Assembly (NCBI RefSeq): GCF_009914755.1
Contig: NC_060940.1
Reading direction: 5' to 3' (one strand)
Source: the human T2T-CHM13v2.0 reference genome, Homo sapiens
DNA: 64,000 nucleotides
A program made the translations under genes and the position numbers. The notes beneath the pieces are model-generated. The model worked only from the letters and a program-made list of their open reading frames with translations. It did no database searches and was not told where the DNA came from. Of this stretch, positions 1 through 14,028 are shown one piece after another (the stretch's first letter is position 1; every line of letters begins with the position of its first letter).

Positions 1-1029
1 GGGCTGACAGTGAATATGTTTGAAAAACTGTCAAGCTGGTGAAAAAAAAAATTAAAGAGAGAGCTTCCTTACATTTGAAACAGCATGTTAAACTGTAAGT
101 ACATCCTCAAAATGCAGAAACCTCCATTCTCATCAAGTTACATGCTCACAGTGACAGCCTGAGAAGGTAGAATCCCTAAAAATTAATGTCATCTTGTCCC
201 TTGAAAGGTCATAAGGCACATTACCACTAACCTCTATTTATCTGCATAAAATTGAGTTTGCCTTTAATGCTCAATAACAGGTGAATAGAAGAGAGGCATC
301 ATTGCAAATGCAGTCAGGGTGATGCAAGGTGTTTAATTGGGCAAGCAGAACTGCCCAAGGAGTTGGCAGGGAGCCCTAAAATGTGGCATTGCAAGTCTAG
401 TCACTTGGGCCACTATTGTGATTGATCTTTAATCAATAGGTTTTCAAGGATTGAGTTAACTCACAAGTGGTAATGGAAGCAATGAATGGACAGAGTGGCA
501 ATGTCAGTTACCCGTCGGTTCGACAAAAGAAAACCCACCATGTCCTGAAGGTTTCCATTACTAGGCATATCAGAGGTCACAGAGAATGACATAGGGGCAC
601 ATCCATGGCATTTTTCTATGGCCATTGAAATGTGGTAATGACTAAATCTGACTGTCAAATGCACATTGAAGGTCATTATCAGCACAATTCTAGCCTGGAT
701 GCTCACTCTGGGAAGCCTGCAACCTGGCCAGTCACCCAAGACAATCACTGATCCATGAAATCACAATAAAACAGATTAAGAACACTTCCAAAAATTATGA
801 GGCATGATGATGTAGGTGTTGACGCTGTCTGCTGTCGGTGTGTTCGTTTCCAGCTTGCTTGGCTCTCCTCATCTAGAGATTTTTCCGTAACCTTCTGCTA
901 ATATTATCCTGGCATCAATTTCCTCAGTTCTTCGAGTATGAAATCCATTGTACTGGTTGGCTTGGTGACACTCAACTGTGGTCATCAAAAAGGTATATCT
1001 AAAATTTAGCTATTCCTGAGTTGCTTAAT

Positions 1030-1195
1030 AGTCCACATGTCCATGAGCAACTTATTTAAGTTCTCTGAGGTTCAACTTCCTCACCTGGGGGAAGAAATAA
1101 TGCTATCCTTATCAGTTATCCTGGGAATCAAATTTGGGATAATGTATGTGTAAGCATCACGTCAAGTCTGGTACGTACTAGGTACCTAATATGTT
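1030..1195 (+). mobile_element. MIR SINE fragment
   Basis: Degenerate MIR core and 3' end (gagcaacttatttaagttctctgagg...ttcctcacctg...ataatgtatgtgtaagca). Boundaries approximate. Confidence 0.65.
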
Positions 1196-1819
1196 TTGTT
1201 TGGAAAACATAGACCCCTGAGGGAACAGAGGAGATCAAGGTCCTAGAAGCTTCCACCAACTTTACTTAGTGACTTTAGTGCTGCAAATGAATTGCTTTCC
1301 TTCAAAGCTAACTAATCTCCTTTTTAAGAGCAAGGTGTTTCCCTAGGCATTAGTGTAGTTTATACCAGGAGCTACAGATAAACTTGTGCTCAAGTCTAAA
1401 AACCTTTTAATTGTTTGGTTCAGAATGTGAGCATTTCCATCAGGGCCTCCCTCCAGCAGCTTAGATCTAAACAGTATCCTGGACTTTGCAAGCACTGCAA
1501 GATGTAGAGTTTAATCAACCAAGAGCTCTGAGGGGCTGGCAGTACACCATGCCTGAGGGTCAGGGCTGCTGTCTCCTCCCCGCTCAGGGAAGAATTTGTC
1601 GTGAAAGAGAGTCAAGTCCGATTTTACAGTGCTGTCTCTGAGATTACCCCGGGGGGCGGGCAGAAAGCTGACAATGGAGGAGTTCTAGAGCGCTGGGATT
1701 TGCCTTTGCAGCAAGTGTCTCCAACTGGAGCAGGGGTTGCAAAGGCAAGAGAGTCAAAGAGACCCCTCTAGAGAAAACTAACAGGAAGAAGCGATAACAG
1801 CTGTATTTTTAAGTAAACA

Positions 1820-2520
1820 CTTTTTATTAAAGCACAAAAAGAAAACTCAGAGAAGTGCACAAATCGCAAATCTATCTTCAGAAATTTTCACAACGTGCCC
1901 ACACTTCTGCTACTAGATTAAAAACAAACTCAGGAACACATAGAATATGGCCAGCCCACTGCCTGCTCTCCACCAGAACCTATTTGTTACCCCCCAGTTA
2001 TCAGTCCCTTCCTCCTCAAAGGCAATCACTCTCCTGACTTCTAACACATAGATTCGTTTTGCTTCTCTTTGAACTTTACATACATAGAACCATACTGTAT
2101 GCACTCCTTTATGCCTGGCTTCATTCACTGAATGTTATGCTTGGTAGATTCACCCATTTGCTATGTGCAGACATAGCTCATTTTTTTCATTGTCATATAG
2201 CATTCCACTATAAAATACACCACAGTTTATCTCTCCATTCTACTGTTGACAGTAATTTCAGTTGTGTTGCCATTCTGATTTATATGAATAATGCTTCTAT
2301 GAATATTCATGCGCATGCCTTTTGCAGTCACATACATATGCTCTTATGTTGGGTATATACCTGGACTGGAATTGCTGATTATAGGGTATGCAGATGTTTA
2401 GTTTTAGTAGATACTGCCAAACAGTTTTCCAAAGTGGTCGCACCAACTTTTTCATCTCATCAGCAGTGTATGACAGTTCCACATGTTCCACATCTTCCCC
2501 AACACTTGGTATTGTCAGAC
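1820..2520 (-). mobile_element. Old L1 (L1ME-like) 3' region
   Basis: Antisense L1M text such as tggcttcattcactgaatgttatg, ttttagtagatactgccaaacagttttccaaagtgg and cagcagtgtatgacagttcc. Confidence 0.85.
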
Positions 2521-2544
2521 AAAATTCTGGTATTCTGAGGGATG

Positions 2545-2785
2545 TGAGTAATAGCTACCTACTTTATCATATACCTTATAAGCTCTGTGTTAAGCAGCTT
2601 ACATGTTTTATATGCTTAAATCTTTCAGTAGCAATATTCCCATTTTTATCAGAAAACTGATATTCAAAGAAATTAAGCTATTTTCCCAAAGTCACCTATT
2701 TTCTAATTTCTAAGTGTCAGAAGTGGAATATGATCCCACCTCTGTACGATTTCAAAGATTATGCTATTTCCATGATATTATGCTA
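2545..2785 (-). mobile_element. MIR SINE
   Basis: Antisense MIR pattern (cccatttttatcagaaaactga...ttcccaaagtcac). Confidence 0.65.
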
Positions 2786-2860
2786 TTCTCAGTTGATTCT
2801 TAGTTAATTTAAAAGGCTTTTTTGTTCCTGCAAAGACTTCAAAACTTTTAGTCATAACAA

Positions 2861-3216
2861 TGTGTCTTAGTCAATTCAGGCAGCTCTAACAAATTACCAT
2901 AGATTGAGTAGCTTAGCAACAAACATTGATTTCTCATAGTACTATAAGCTGGAAGGCCCAAAGTCAAGGTGTTAACCCATTTGGTTTCTGGTGAGGACTA
3001 TTTTCCTGCAGGTAGTTATCTTCTAGTTGTATTCTCACACGGGAGAGAGGAAGCAAGATCTTTCCTGTCTCTTCTTTTAAGGACACTAACCTCATCACGA
3101 GGGCTTCACCCTCATGCCCTAATTATTAATATTTCCCAAAGGCCTCATCTCCAAATACTATCACATTGGTGATGGTATTTGAATTTGGGGAGTACATAAA
3201 CATTCAGTCCCCAGCA
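2861..3216 (-). mobile_element. MLT1A-family MaLR solo LTR
   Basis: tgtgtcttagtc...aaattaccatagattg...ccaaatactatcacattgg...aaacattcagtccccagca is the reverse complement of an MLT1A/A0 LTR, with TG...CA ends. Confidence 0.85.
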
Positions 3217-4179
3217 TGACGTAATTGACCCAGTCACAAACTAATTTTTATAAATAAGATGATTTAAAAATTAAGACACTAAAAAGGGGGAAATTACCAG
3301 GAAAAGGAGTCCACAATACAACATGAAAATACTAATCGTAGAATCTTGGACATTGTCTCCAAATAAGACATGCTTTCTCTGAACCAGCTAGGCTACCCTG
3401 TCCCTGTGCTTTTTTTTTTTTCTTTAACTTCAAAGAGACCAAGGAATAAAGAAGCGGAGCCAAAACACAGAGTAGGATGTGCCCAAGGACTGAAAGTTTT
3501 CTGCTGTGGAGACAGACTTGAGCTGAGAGAGCAGACAATAAATATTTTACCATCAGTATCGGTCTCCCAACTCTGGTCCCACTGGGGTGGTATAGATGCT
3601 TCACATGGGAAAATGATTAGCCTGCCCAGCGTCTCCTCTGATCCAAACATCTCAAGATCCAAGTTAGCCATATAAACGTAGCCCCTCCCTTTCTATTCCA
3701 GGTTCGATCACTCCCCTCAGCTCAAGTATAAGCCTCTCCCCATTTTCAGACATTGAAAACCCAAAGCATACTTCTCATTGGCTTCTACTTTTTTTGTCCC
3801 AAGGCTACCTTACAAAGCTTTCTTCTGGAGCTCTGCCACCTTACCTCTCTTTTCTCTTTTCATCAGTGACCTGCTCTTTTTAGTCTAAAATTTCATCATG
3901 AAAGAGTGTTACAAATCTGTAAAACATGTCTGTAATATAGTCCAGGCTACTGTGAAAGCCTTTGACAAGAAAATTTCTGCTGAAGATCTTAGAGCTGGTC
4001 TGAAAATGAACTAAAATTTAATAAGAATGATTTATGGTAACACTCTTAGAAGCATACCTGCATGCATAGAAGCATCTATACTGTTGAAAATAAAGTTGGA
4101 GTAGAATCAAAGGAACATTGTAAAGATTAACAGTCATTTTGCATATTTTTCATTTAATGATCAAAAAATGAAGCATGTT

Positions 4180-4880
4180 CAGCAATCATACTGCTGGGTA
4201 TATACCCCAAAGAAAGGAAATCGGTGTATTGAAGAGATATCTGACTCCCAGGTTTGTTGCAGCACTGTTCACAGTAGCCACAATTTAGAAGTAAGTGTCT
4301 ATCAATAGATGAATGGATAAAGAAAACATGGTACATGCACACAATGGAGTACTATTTAGCCATAAAAAGAATAATATCCTGTCATTTTCAACAACATGGA
4401 TGGAACTAGAAGTCATTATATTAAGTGAAATAAGCCAGACACAGAATGACAAACGTTGCATGTTCTCACTTATTTGTGGGATCTAAAAATCAAATTGAAC
4501 TCACGGACACAGAGTAGAAAGATGGTTACCAGAAGTTGGGAAGAGTGATGGGGAGTGGGGAGGGGGGAGTGTGGGAGCAGTGGTGAGAGGGAGGTGGGTA
4601 TGGTTAATGTGTACGTGAAAAATAGTGAAAGAATAAGACCTAGTATATGATAGCACAACAGGGTGACTATCATCAGTAATAACTTGATTGTCTATTTTTA
4701 AATAAATATGGGTATAATTGGATTGTTTGTAACGCAAAGGATAAAGGCTTGAGGGGATGGATACCTCATTCTCCATGATGTGATTATTACACATTGCATG
4801 CCTGCATCAAAACATCTCATGTACCCTGTGAATATATACACTTACTATGTACCCACAGAAATTAAACTTTTATTAAAAAT
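4180..4880 (+). mobile_element. L1MA (L1MA1-3-like) 3' end
   Basis: End of ORF2 plus 3'UTR: ggatggaactagaagtcattatattaagtgaaataagccag, gatagcacaacagggtgact, gaggggatggatacctcattctccatgatgtgatt and tactatgtacccacagaaattaaa. G-rich tract at 4549-4575. Confidence 0.92.
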
Positions 4881-6394
4881 GAAATATGAGCCAAAAGAAC
4901 AAGACTAGTACCTATATATTTATCAAAGACAACAGAAAAATAAAATTTTCAAACTTTCTCTTCCCTATGTTTACTGAGATGATTTAGTTTCTGAGTAGTT
5001 TAGCAACTTTACATGTCACATATGTCAGGAGCAAAACAAGACCTAAACAGTCTTCGCCGCCAAATTCAACCAAGGACGTGCATCTAAGATGGGACCCTGA
5101 GCAAGTAACTTAACCCATAGCAATATCTGCAAACCCTGAGAACTCTTTTGAGAATTAGATTCAATAATACATGTTAAGCACTTATAACATCTCTGGGCAC
5201 AGAGTAAGCCCTCAATAGATATTAACCATCATGATCATAATGGTTAAGATTATGTTGATAATGATATAGATAATGACGATGATGTCTCCAGTATCAATCA
5301 TGGTAGGAGACAGGAGTCAACAAAGTATATAAACCACCAGTCCTGAAAGCGGAAAGAAAATACACACCAAACTGTTCTTTTCTCACTCTTTGTGTCTACT
5401 GTAAAAATTCCTTATCTGATAACAACACAAGAAGAAAATGGGGCAAGTGTAACAAAGGAGAACTGGATGGTATGGGGGAAGACTTGGAATGCTCATTCAA
5501 CTAATTCTGGTGATAGCAACTGAAAGACAAGCTGGGGGGGATGGGGGAATATCTATCAGGTGAGACCCTGTGAGAGAGAAAGAAAGCTCCACCACGTAAC
5601 TCTCCCTCCAATGACAGGCTGCTTCAGGAGGTTGCTTAGGCATCACAGCTAGTTGGCTGACGTGCAAGGCAAACTGTTAGTCTTTTAGGTCATCCTGAGA
5701 GAAGAGATAGAAAGTGTATCTGCAACCCTATCCCTACCTTCCAAGGTGGTTTAGAATTGAGTTATGCTGCTGACCAGGGCTGGGGTGGGGCACAGCTTTC
5801 CTAACCATGTATCTGAGTCACCTAACCTCTAAATCGGATGTTCTCTTACCCAAATTCTGTAATCTACCAGTGACTCACCAAAGAATTCATGCAAATTGCA
5901 AATGTGTCCACCATCTTAGTTCAATTCAAAAAACACCCAATAGTTCTAAGAGGTTGACATTTATTCTTTTGAGTTTGCATCCCCTTTTGAATATGTGGAT
6001 AACCTGGGGCAAATTTTCAAGGAAAACATTATTCATCAATGACATATTCACTTTCTTTCCATTTCTCTATTTTGAGAGCATTCCCTTTCCTGCCTCTAGT
6101 TCCCAGATCCTGTATACCAGCCTTTAGCTGCCTCTGGCCCCCAAACCTGATGCTCCTAGTCAGGCTTCTTCCTGTGAGAAGCCCTACTATGTGAAGGGAG
6201 ACTGCTTGACAAGAACTATTATTTAAACTCCTCATGTCTTTGCTAACTCCAGCTCTCCTCACTAGAGTCCATTCACACCAGCAATCACAGCTTAGTGGCA
6301 GAAGCCAAGCAATGTCAATGAGATGAATTGACACTGGAGTCATAGACCACATCACTGATTCAACCAGAATTCTCACACACTACTGGCAAGAGCA

Positions 6395-7130
<736 letters not shown>

Positions 7131-7518
7131 TCAGGCAGCAAGTGACCCATGATCAGGGGCTTCCTAGGAATATGCCCCAATTGGGTGCAATTGGCTTAGC
7201 AGCTTGTGGTTGTATAGCCAGAAGGGTTTGAGCTTAAATTTTCCCACTTGTAAGATGGGAAAATAATAGTACATCTCTTAGAAGATTAAATGCTAGAATG
7301 CATGCCAACTGCCTAGTATAATGGCTAGTGCAAAGTACACATTCAATAAATATTTGTTTCTCTCTCTTCCCTCATGTGCCCTCATCTTTAAGCCCACCTT
7401 GTAAGTGTGGACTGTGTCTCTCTATAGAACAAAATTGTTCCTAATGTCATTGGACTCAAGGGATAAAATAATTACAAGCATACTGTAGTAAAAACAATAT
7501 ACTCCTTGTATTTTAATA

Positions 7519-7590
7519 TTTTAATTTTAAAATAAAAATTAAAAGTTATTTTACTTTTAAAATGAAAATTAAAACTTATTTTAATTTTAA
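7519..7590. repeat. AT-rich 30-bp tandem repeat (~2.4 copies)
   Basis: ttttaattttaaaataaaaattaaaagtta / ttttacttttaaaatgaaaattaaaactta / ttttaattttaa. Confidence 0.85.
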
Positions 7591-9905
7591 TATTTCCCAT
7601 TTTAAGTAAAATGTACATCCACATTCATTACGACTGTGTACAAGCTAACAATTTTTGCAATTAAAAAAAAATCTGCCTTCAGTTTTTCAGCACTCTCCTT
7701 TAGCCTTTCACTCCTGGAACAAGTCAAACAAAAACCAAAAGAGCAAAATCCCTAGCAAACAGAACTTTATAGATATTCTGACAAAGAAAAATTAACCTTA
7801 GCAGCAACAAATTCCTCAGTGCCACAGAGCTCCTTGACTTTTCCACTGCTGTGGTCAAATTCCCATCATTAGAAGATGCTGTTTCAGAAGGAAAGTAGAA
7901 TATTGATAAGATCACAGGCTTTGGAGTCACGCAAATGATTGGTTCATCTGCCAGCAAGGCCATTTACAGGCTGTGGCACTTTGCACAAGTTCCTAAACAA
8001 CAGTCTGTTTTCCTCTTCCATTGACTTTTTCCTAAAACAACTAATTCCCAATGATGTATGTTGACTGAATGAATAAATAAATGGATAGAGCTATAAAAGT
8101 GTGTTCCTCATGGCGGTAATCTGAGCATTAAATAACATATATTTAAACACCCTGCAAGTCCCCAGCCTTTGGACTATTATACATAGTTTACTTATTCCCC
8201 AATCTGAATGTGTACTACAGTGAGAATGCCTTAAACATGGGTCAAAATCCTAGCACACATCCTTGAATCTTGAAACTGTAGTTGTTCTGCTTTGATAGTA
8301 ACACACACACACACAGTTACCTCAGAAAGCCAAAGAGAGCTGAGGACAAAGGCAACTGAATTCACCAGGTAGATCTGACTGTCCCTCTCAGTAAGCTGAT
8401 GCTTTTCTGTATGATAAGAATGTCTCACCAAATACAAGCACTGGCTTCCAAAAACATGTCCAACTCATACTGAAAGCACAACAGAATCATCACTGAAAAA
8501 CATTCTGAGATTTGCTCATAAAATTAGTAATTTTTTTGTCATTCATTGCCATTAACAAGTAACTTGTGACCAAATAAATGTCACTATCCATTTTCTTTAA
8601 TTAAAATAATAAATATTATACAGTGACACAGATTGGCATTTATAACTCCATTTCTGTGACATGGGATTTATAACCAAGGCTTTCTTTGAGGAACTCCACA
8701 AATAAAGGTTATTAAGCTGCCACAAGATGAACACAAGCTCAAGTTAATGAAATCAGAGGAAAGGCAGTGACAGATTGAGCCCTGAAGCACGAAGAAAAAG
8801 GGAATCCCCACCCAAAGCAAGAAGCATTATGGGGCTGGCAAAATAAATATTTCATTTAAAAAATTTTATTTTTCTAGACAGTTCACCTTTAAATATATGC
8901 AGGATGAACTCAGAGGCAACATTAATTCCACTACCACATCCTTTGGGGGTGGGCCAAACTGTGGCTTTCCTGTTCCCTTGGGAATCACTGTTGACCACTC
9001 TATGGTGCATTCTAAGGTAGGAAGAGTTTTCAAGTAAAGTAAAAACCATTCTGTCATGTGAATCTGCTACCAAAGAAACCAAATGAAATGTTGTAATGTC
9101 CCAGTCACCTACTTTGAAGACATGGTTCTAGGTTCTTAAAAACGGAAAAAGGATTGCCCTTCACAAAGAGAAAAAGAAAAAATAACAACAACAACAACAA
9201 CAAAGGATGATAAGCCTGATAGTATTTCCCAAAAGAAAATCTCCTCTTACCTCTGGGATTCTGCTCTGGCTCAAAGTCAACACCTGAATCCAATGCTCTC
9301 AACCCAAGCTCCATCCCTGGCTGAGCCCCATCCCCAGCTGGTCCGATCTTATGCAGCCACCTACAATATGCCAAGAGTCTGGAAATCCAGCTCATGCAAG
9401 GGACTCAAACATCCCCCTCAAACTGCTGCTCTTCGAAGCCTCCAAGAAGCACTGGATGAAGGGAAATTGCACCTCCGCTGTTGAGATTTATCTCTGTGGA
9501 TTTATTTACACCTCAGAACTGCAGACACCTCAACTCATGTCACTCCATATCCCTCTGCAAGCCACAAGAGGGGGCTGGGCTAGCTGAGCCATGCCCTTCA
9601 ATTACAGGATCAGAAGAAAGGCCCCCAATACAGGACATGGCTCCCAGCCCCTGCATTACTCTATTTCCAGCTGCATTTCTTAGCTGTGGCTAAAGAGCAC
9701 ATCTGTCTACCTGAGGCTCAGATAGAGATCAGATTGCTGAATTACTGAATACTTCAAAAAAAGGAGACAGACAGGGAAATACAGCAACTCTGAATTGGAG
9801 GAGCTTCAATTCTGGAAGTGGCCAGAGGGGAGTTCAAATTTTGGCTCTAATACATGCTGGATTAGACTGACACATAATAGAGACTCAGCAAATATTAGAT
9901 CTCAG

Positions 9906-10279
9906 TGTATTAGTTTTCACACTGCTATAAGGAAATGTCCAAGACTGGGTAATTTATAAAGAAAAGAGGTTTAATTGACTCACAGTTCTGCACGGCTGGG
10001 GAAGTCTCAAGAAACTTACAATCATGGCAGAAGGGGAAGCAGGCACATCTTACATGGCGGAAAGCAGGAGACAGAGTGTGTGAGTGCACAGGAAAAACTG
10101 CCATTTGTAAAACCATCAGATCTCGTGCGAATTCACTATTAGGAGAACAGCATGGAAGGAACTGCCCTCATAATCTAATCACTTGCCTCCCTCCACACAT
10201 GGGGATTACAGGTCCCTCCCCTGACACGTGGGGATTACAACTGGAGATGAGATTTGGGGCACAGAGCCAAACCATATCA
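9906..10279 (-). mobile_element. THE1D-like MaLR solo LTR
   Basis: tgtattagt...gactgggtaatttataaagaaaagaggtttaattgactcacagttc...cagagccaaaccatatca, with 5-bp TSD ctcag/cccag. Confidence 0.92.
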
Positions 10280-10421
10280 CCCAGCATGGACAGAAAACTG
10301 CCTTCCCATTCCCTGCAGTGTCTCAGATAATCAAGGACAGTATATACATGTATACATATAGATTCAAATTATGAAAAAAAGATTATATAATTAGATATAG
10401 TTTATATGAAATATATGTTTA

Positions 10422-10718
<297 letters not shown>

Positions 10719-11242
10719 GAAATGTATGCTTAGATATATTGATTATAATTTGACATATTTTATATAAACATACACACATATCCATAGCATCACTTATGTT
10801 CAGATTACAGATTACATTTCCTTCCTGTAGCTTCAGTTGAGGTACATAAGATGGATTTACAGTCTAAAATTGATGCCCACTTCAGCATTAGGTTAGGAAA
10901 AGGGACTTCCCAAATCAGCCAGCCTTCCCCATTAAAGGGTGGACATGCCCAGGAAGGATATCATGAAGCCTCCGGATATATAGACAAGAATCCTTCTCCT
11001 CTGAATGATGCCTTGGCATTCCTTGCCCTCTGAGACTCTGCTTCTGTGTTTCCTCTTTTCTATCCTCTCAAAGCTGACTAGCCCCATTCTAGAGACTCAT
11101 TTTACCTTTGGGTATTAAAAATATTCTCACTCAGCTACAGATCTAACCTGTGGACTTCGGAGCCAATCCCAATCTGTAAAATTGACATAGTTACCTCACA
11201 GGGTCTTCTTGAGGATTTTCAAAAACAGTAAGTAGATAATAG

Positions 11243-11440
11243 AGGATGAATGGATGGATGGATGGATGGATGGATGGATGGATGGATGAATGGATAAGTG
11301 GATAGATGGACAGACGGATGGATGGACAGACAGATGAATGGATGAACAGATGGATGGATGAATAGACGGATGGATGGACGGATGGATAGACAGACGGATG
11401 GATAGACAGATGGACAGATGGATGGACAGACAGATGAGTG
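11243..11440 (+). repeat. (GGAT)n tetranucleotide microsatellite with GGAC/AGAC variants
   Basis: Direct reading: ~200 bp of tggatggatggatg...gacggatggatagacag, embedded in MIR-like flanks. Confidence 0.95.
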
Positions 11441-11496
11441 GCTTAGCAAATGCTCAGTAACTTTAGCTATTGTTTTTACTGAATTAAGACAACAAT

Positions 11497-11581
11497 GGAG
11501 GGAAGGTGGGGATGGTTAGTGGGTGCAAAAAAAACCCAGAAATAATAAATAAGACCCAGTATATGATAGCACAACAGGGTG
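11497..11581 (+). mobile_element. Short internal L1MA 3'UTR fragment
   Basis: ggggatggttagtgggtgcaaaa...aataagacccagtatatgatagcacaacagggtg, homologous to ~4586-4665. Confidence 0.8.
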
Positions 11582-13587
11582 GCTCTAAAAACACTGAGGT
11601 TTTTTGACTCACATGACAGAAAGCTCACTCCTCTGTGAGGCAGCCTTTATTCTTCCACAAAAATTTCCAGAGCTCAATTTTTTCCTTCCATTGGTTTTGA
11701 GTTCACATCCTGAGATCACATCAATCCCACTCCTCAGTGACAATCTTTTGCACAGTTGAACAATGATCACAGCACTGAAGGTGAATCTAATGCAGGAAAG
11801 ATCTACATTAGTGAGATGAAGAGGCTGTAACCTGTTAAACACTTCCTCCAGTCTCAGTATAGAACTTCTGGTCAATGTTCATATCGCAGATGTAAGCTAC
11901 CATCAGCACAGAAATCCATTTCTTTGTGTTTTCCAAATTTCTGCTTTCTCGATCTGAATCATGTGATATTAGATGTCTTCAGTTTCATTTCCCTGCTATC
12001 ATCTAAATCAGGCCTTGGTTTTCTGTCCTCTGTCAGTATTTGCAAGTAGACAACACAGCACAGTGTCAACATATGCATTATAACAAATAGAAGACAAGGC
12101 AGGACCAAATAGATGTGGGCAGACTGCAGACCAGACAAGACTTACTCTCAGGTCTCAGCTCCAAGCAAAAACTTCAAATCCATCCTTGAGAAAACTGACC
12201 TACAAATGAAAGCTGAAGATTGCTGACCAATAGCCAAAACTGCAGATGTTAACTACCTGAAAGACAAACGTGTGTATTGAGCAAGGTGTACAACTTAGTG
12301 AGGTGTAAATCAGAAGCATCTATATTATTCACCAGTCACCACCCTGGACTATAGTCTGTTGATTTTCTACCTCTATTCTCTTACTAAACTTTTGGATACA
12401 TTCCAAAGCATCATGGTCACTTCCAGTTATGAAAGGATGTTTAAAAGCCCAGCCCAGCTTAAAACTCCAAGCCCATATTCGCTTTGAAATCCTCCCCTTC
12501 CTCATCACGAGCTGGGTTTGCAGCTCAGAGAACTGGAAGGGAGTTGCTTTCATTTTCACTTCTCCTCCCTTTCTAGAACTTTCAAAGGACAGAATCCCAG
12601 TGGCTGGCTCTAAGGAACCTCTTCCCTGGCATTGAAGATTAGGAGGGAAAATAGTGACTTGACTGGCAGTGGGGAAGCCACACAAGTCTCACTTTGTCAC
12701 TGTGAGGATTCTGTTGGTTGCCAACTGCCTTTCCCAAAATGGCAGGTGGTCTCTTCGCCAAGGATCCTTTCCAAGGCAGCAGACAACTTTCCCCAGATTC
12801 TGCCCATCATTGAGGACTCTGTAGATGGGGAAAGCTTTGTCCCTTCAGCCACGCTAATGACCCATGCCCCTATCCGGCACACCCAAGCACAGGCAACGTC
12901 AAAAGACTGCTTCTCCTCCAACTCCATGTTGTTTCACCTGGAGCTGAGGAGCTGAAGTCCCTTTCCTGTGCTACCTGAGGGTCACAAAAACCTAGGGTGG
13001 GGTAGTCTTCTCAGTTCTGTTCCCAGGCACATCCTGACTTCACAAATCTCTAGGGGAGAAGCATCAGCCCCTAGTCCCTAAGTTCAGATACACTCCCATG
13101 TTCCAGGGGACACATGCCAACGTCTCCCAAGAATGTACCAATACACCATGCCTCACTTAGTTCAAATGGCACCACCAGGCTGGGCCTGAAGGCTGCCAAC
13201 TCAGCTATCATCCAATTAGGTATGACATGCCTATTTTTTTATTCTTTAAAGCATCCCCAGTCTTCAAAGGTGATGTCCCTGAAGTTATTCCCTTACATGG
13301 CTTACAGGAAGAAAAAAATTTTAAACTCCACTGCACTTGAAGTCAATAATTCCCAACACTGATAAGTTCCCCCCATTACCATGCTTCTAATTGGGATGAG
13401 AGGGGGAGCCATTTGTGCAAACCCCCAGAAAGCTGGAGTGGGGTTGGGATCCAGGAAAGCGTCAAATCCAACTATTGACCACTCTCTGAAATGGGTGGGA
13501 TCCTTAGTAATGGTGTTTTTAACTCCAAAGCAACAGGGAAACTCTCCCTTACAGACTCCTTGCAATGTCCTATAACAGGAGTGTTTC

Positions 13588-13742
13588 CAGTGCTTCTCAT
13601 TGTTACTGTATGTATGGATTACCTGGGTGTTGTGTTTAAATGTGAACCCACTTTCAGCAGGTCCAGGATGGAACCTGAGATTCTCACAAGCTTCTCAGTG
13701 GTGGTGCAGCTGCTGCAGGTCTGCAAACCACTCGTTAGCAAG
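13588..13742. mobile_element. MER5-like hAT-Charlie MITE
   Basis: cagtgcttctca...ggattacctggg...cagcaggtccaggatggaacctgaga...acaagcttctcag...ctgctgcaggtctgcaaaccac. Confidence 0.65.
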
Positions 13743-13799
13743 TATATTTCATTTTTTTCTCTCACTGCTTCCAAGCCCCAGTAAATCTTTATTCTGAAA

Positions 13800-14028
13800 C
13801 TAATAACTAACATTTATGAAGTGACTCACATGGGGCAAACTTTGTGCTGAGGGTGTCACATGCATTATATCATTTAACTTTCAACAACCTTTTGAAACAG
13901 TGAAAAGTTATTGTGTTCACTTGAAAGTCTAACTGGCCTTTAGAAGGGCTATGCAACTAGACTCAGGCTTCAAGCATAGCAAGTGGCATCACCAACATTT
14001 GAGCCCAGGGTGCATGTTCCTAACCACT
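13800..14028 (-). mobile_element. MIR SINE
   Basis: taataactaacatttat...cacatgcattatatcatttaac...catttgagcccagg...gttcctaaccac. Confidence 0.7.

Noticed and set aside
461-975. Minus-strand frames near the window start (e.g. ...LSVTKPTSTMDFILEELRKLMPG*) as a terminal coding exon
   Set aside because: They match no protein I recognise and I found no consistent upstream coding exons. The region is retained only as a possible non-coding exon.
2059-2538. 159-aa ORF (+)
   Set aside because: It lies antisense within an old L1 3' region and is a repeat-derived artefact.
11219-11449. 76-aa HPSI-repeat ORF
   Set aside because: It is a translation of the (GGAT)n microsatellite.
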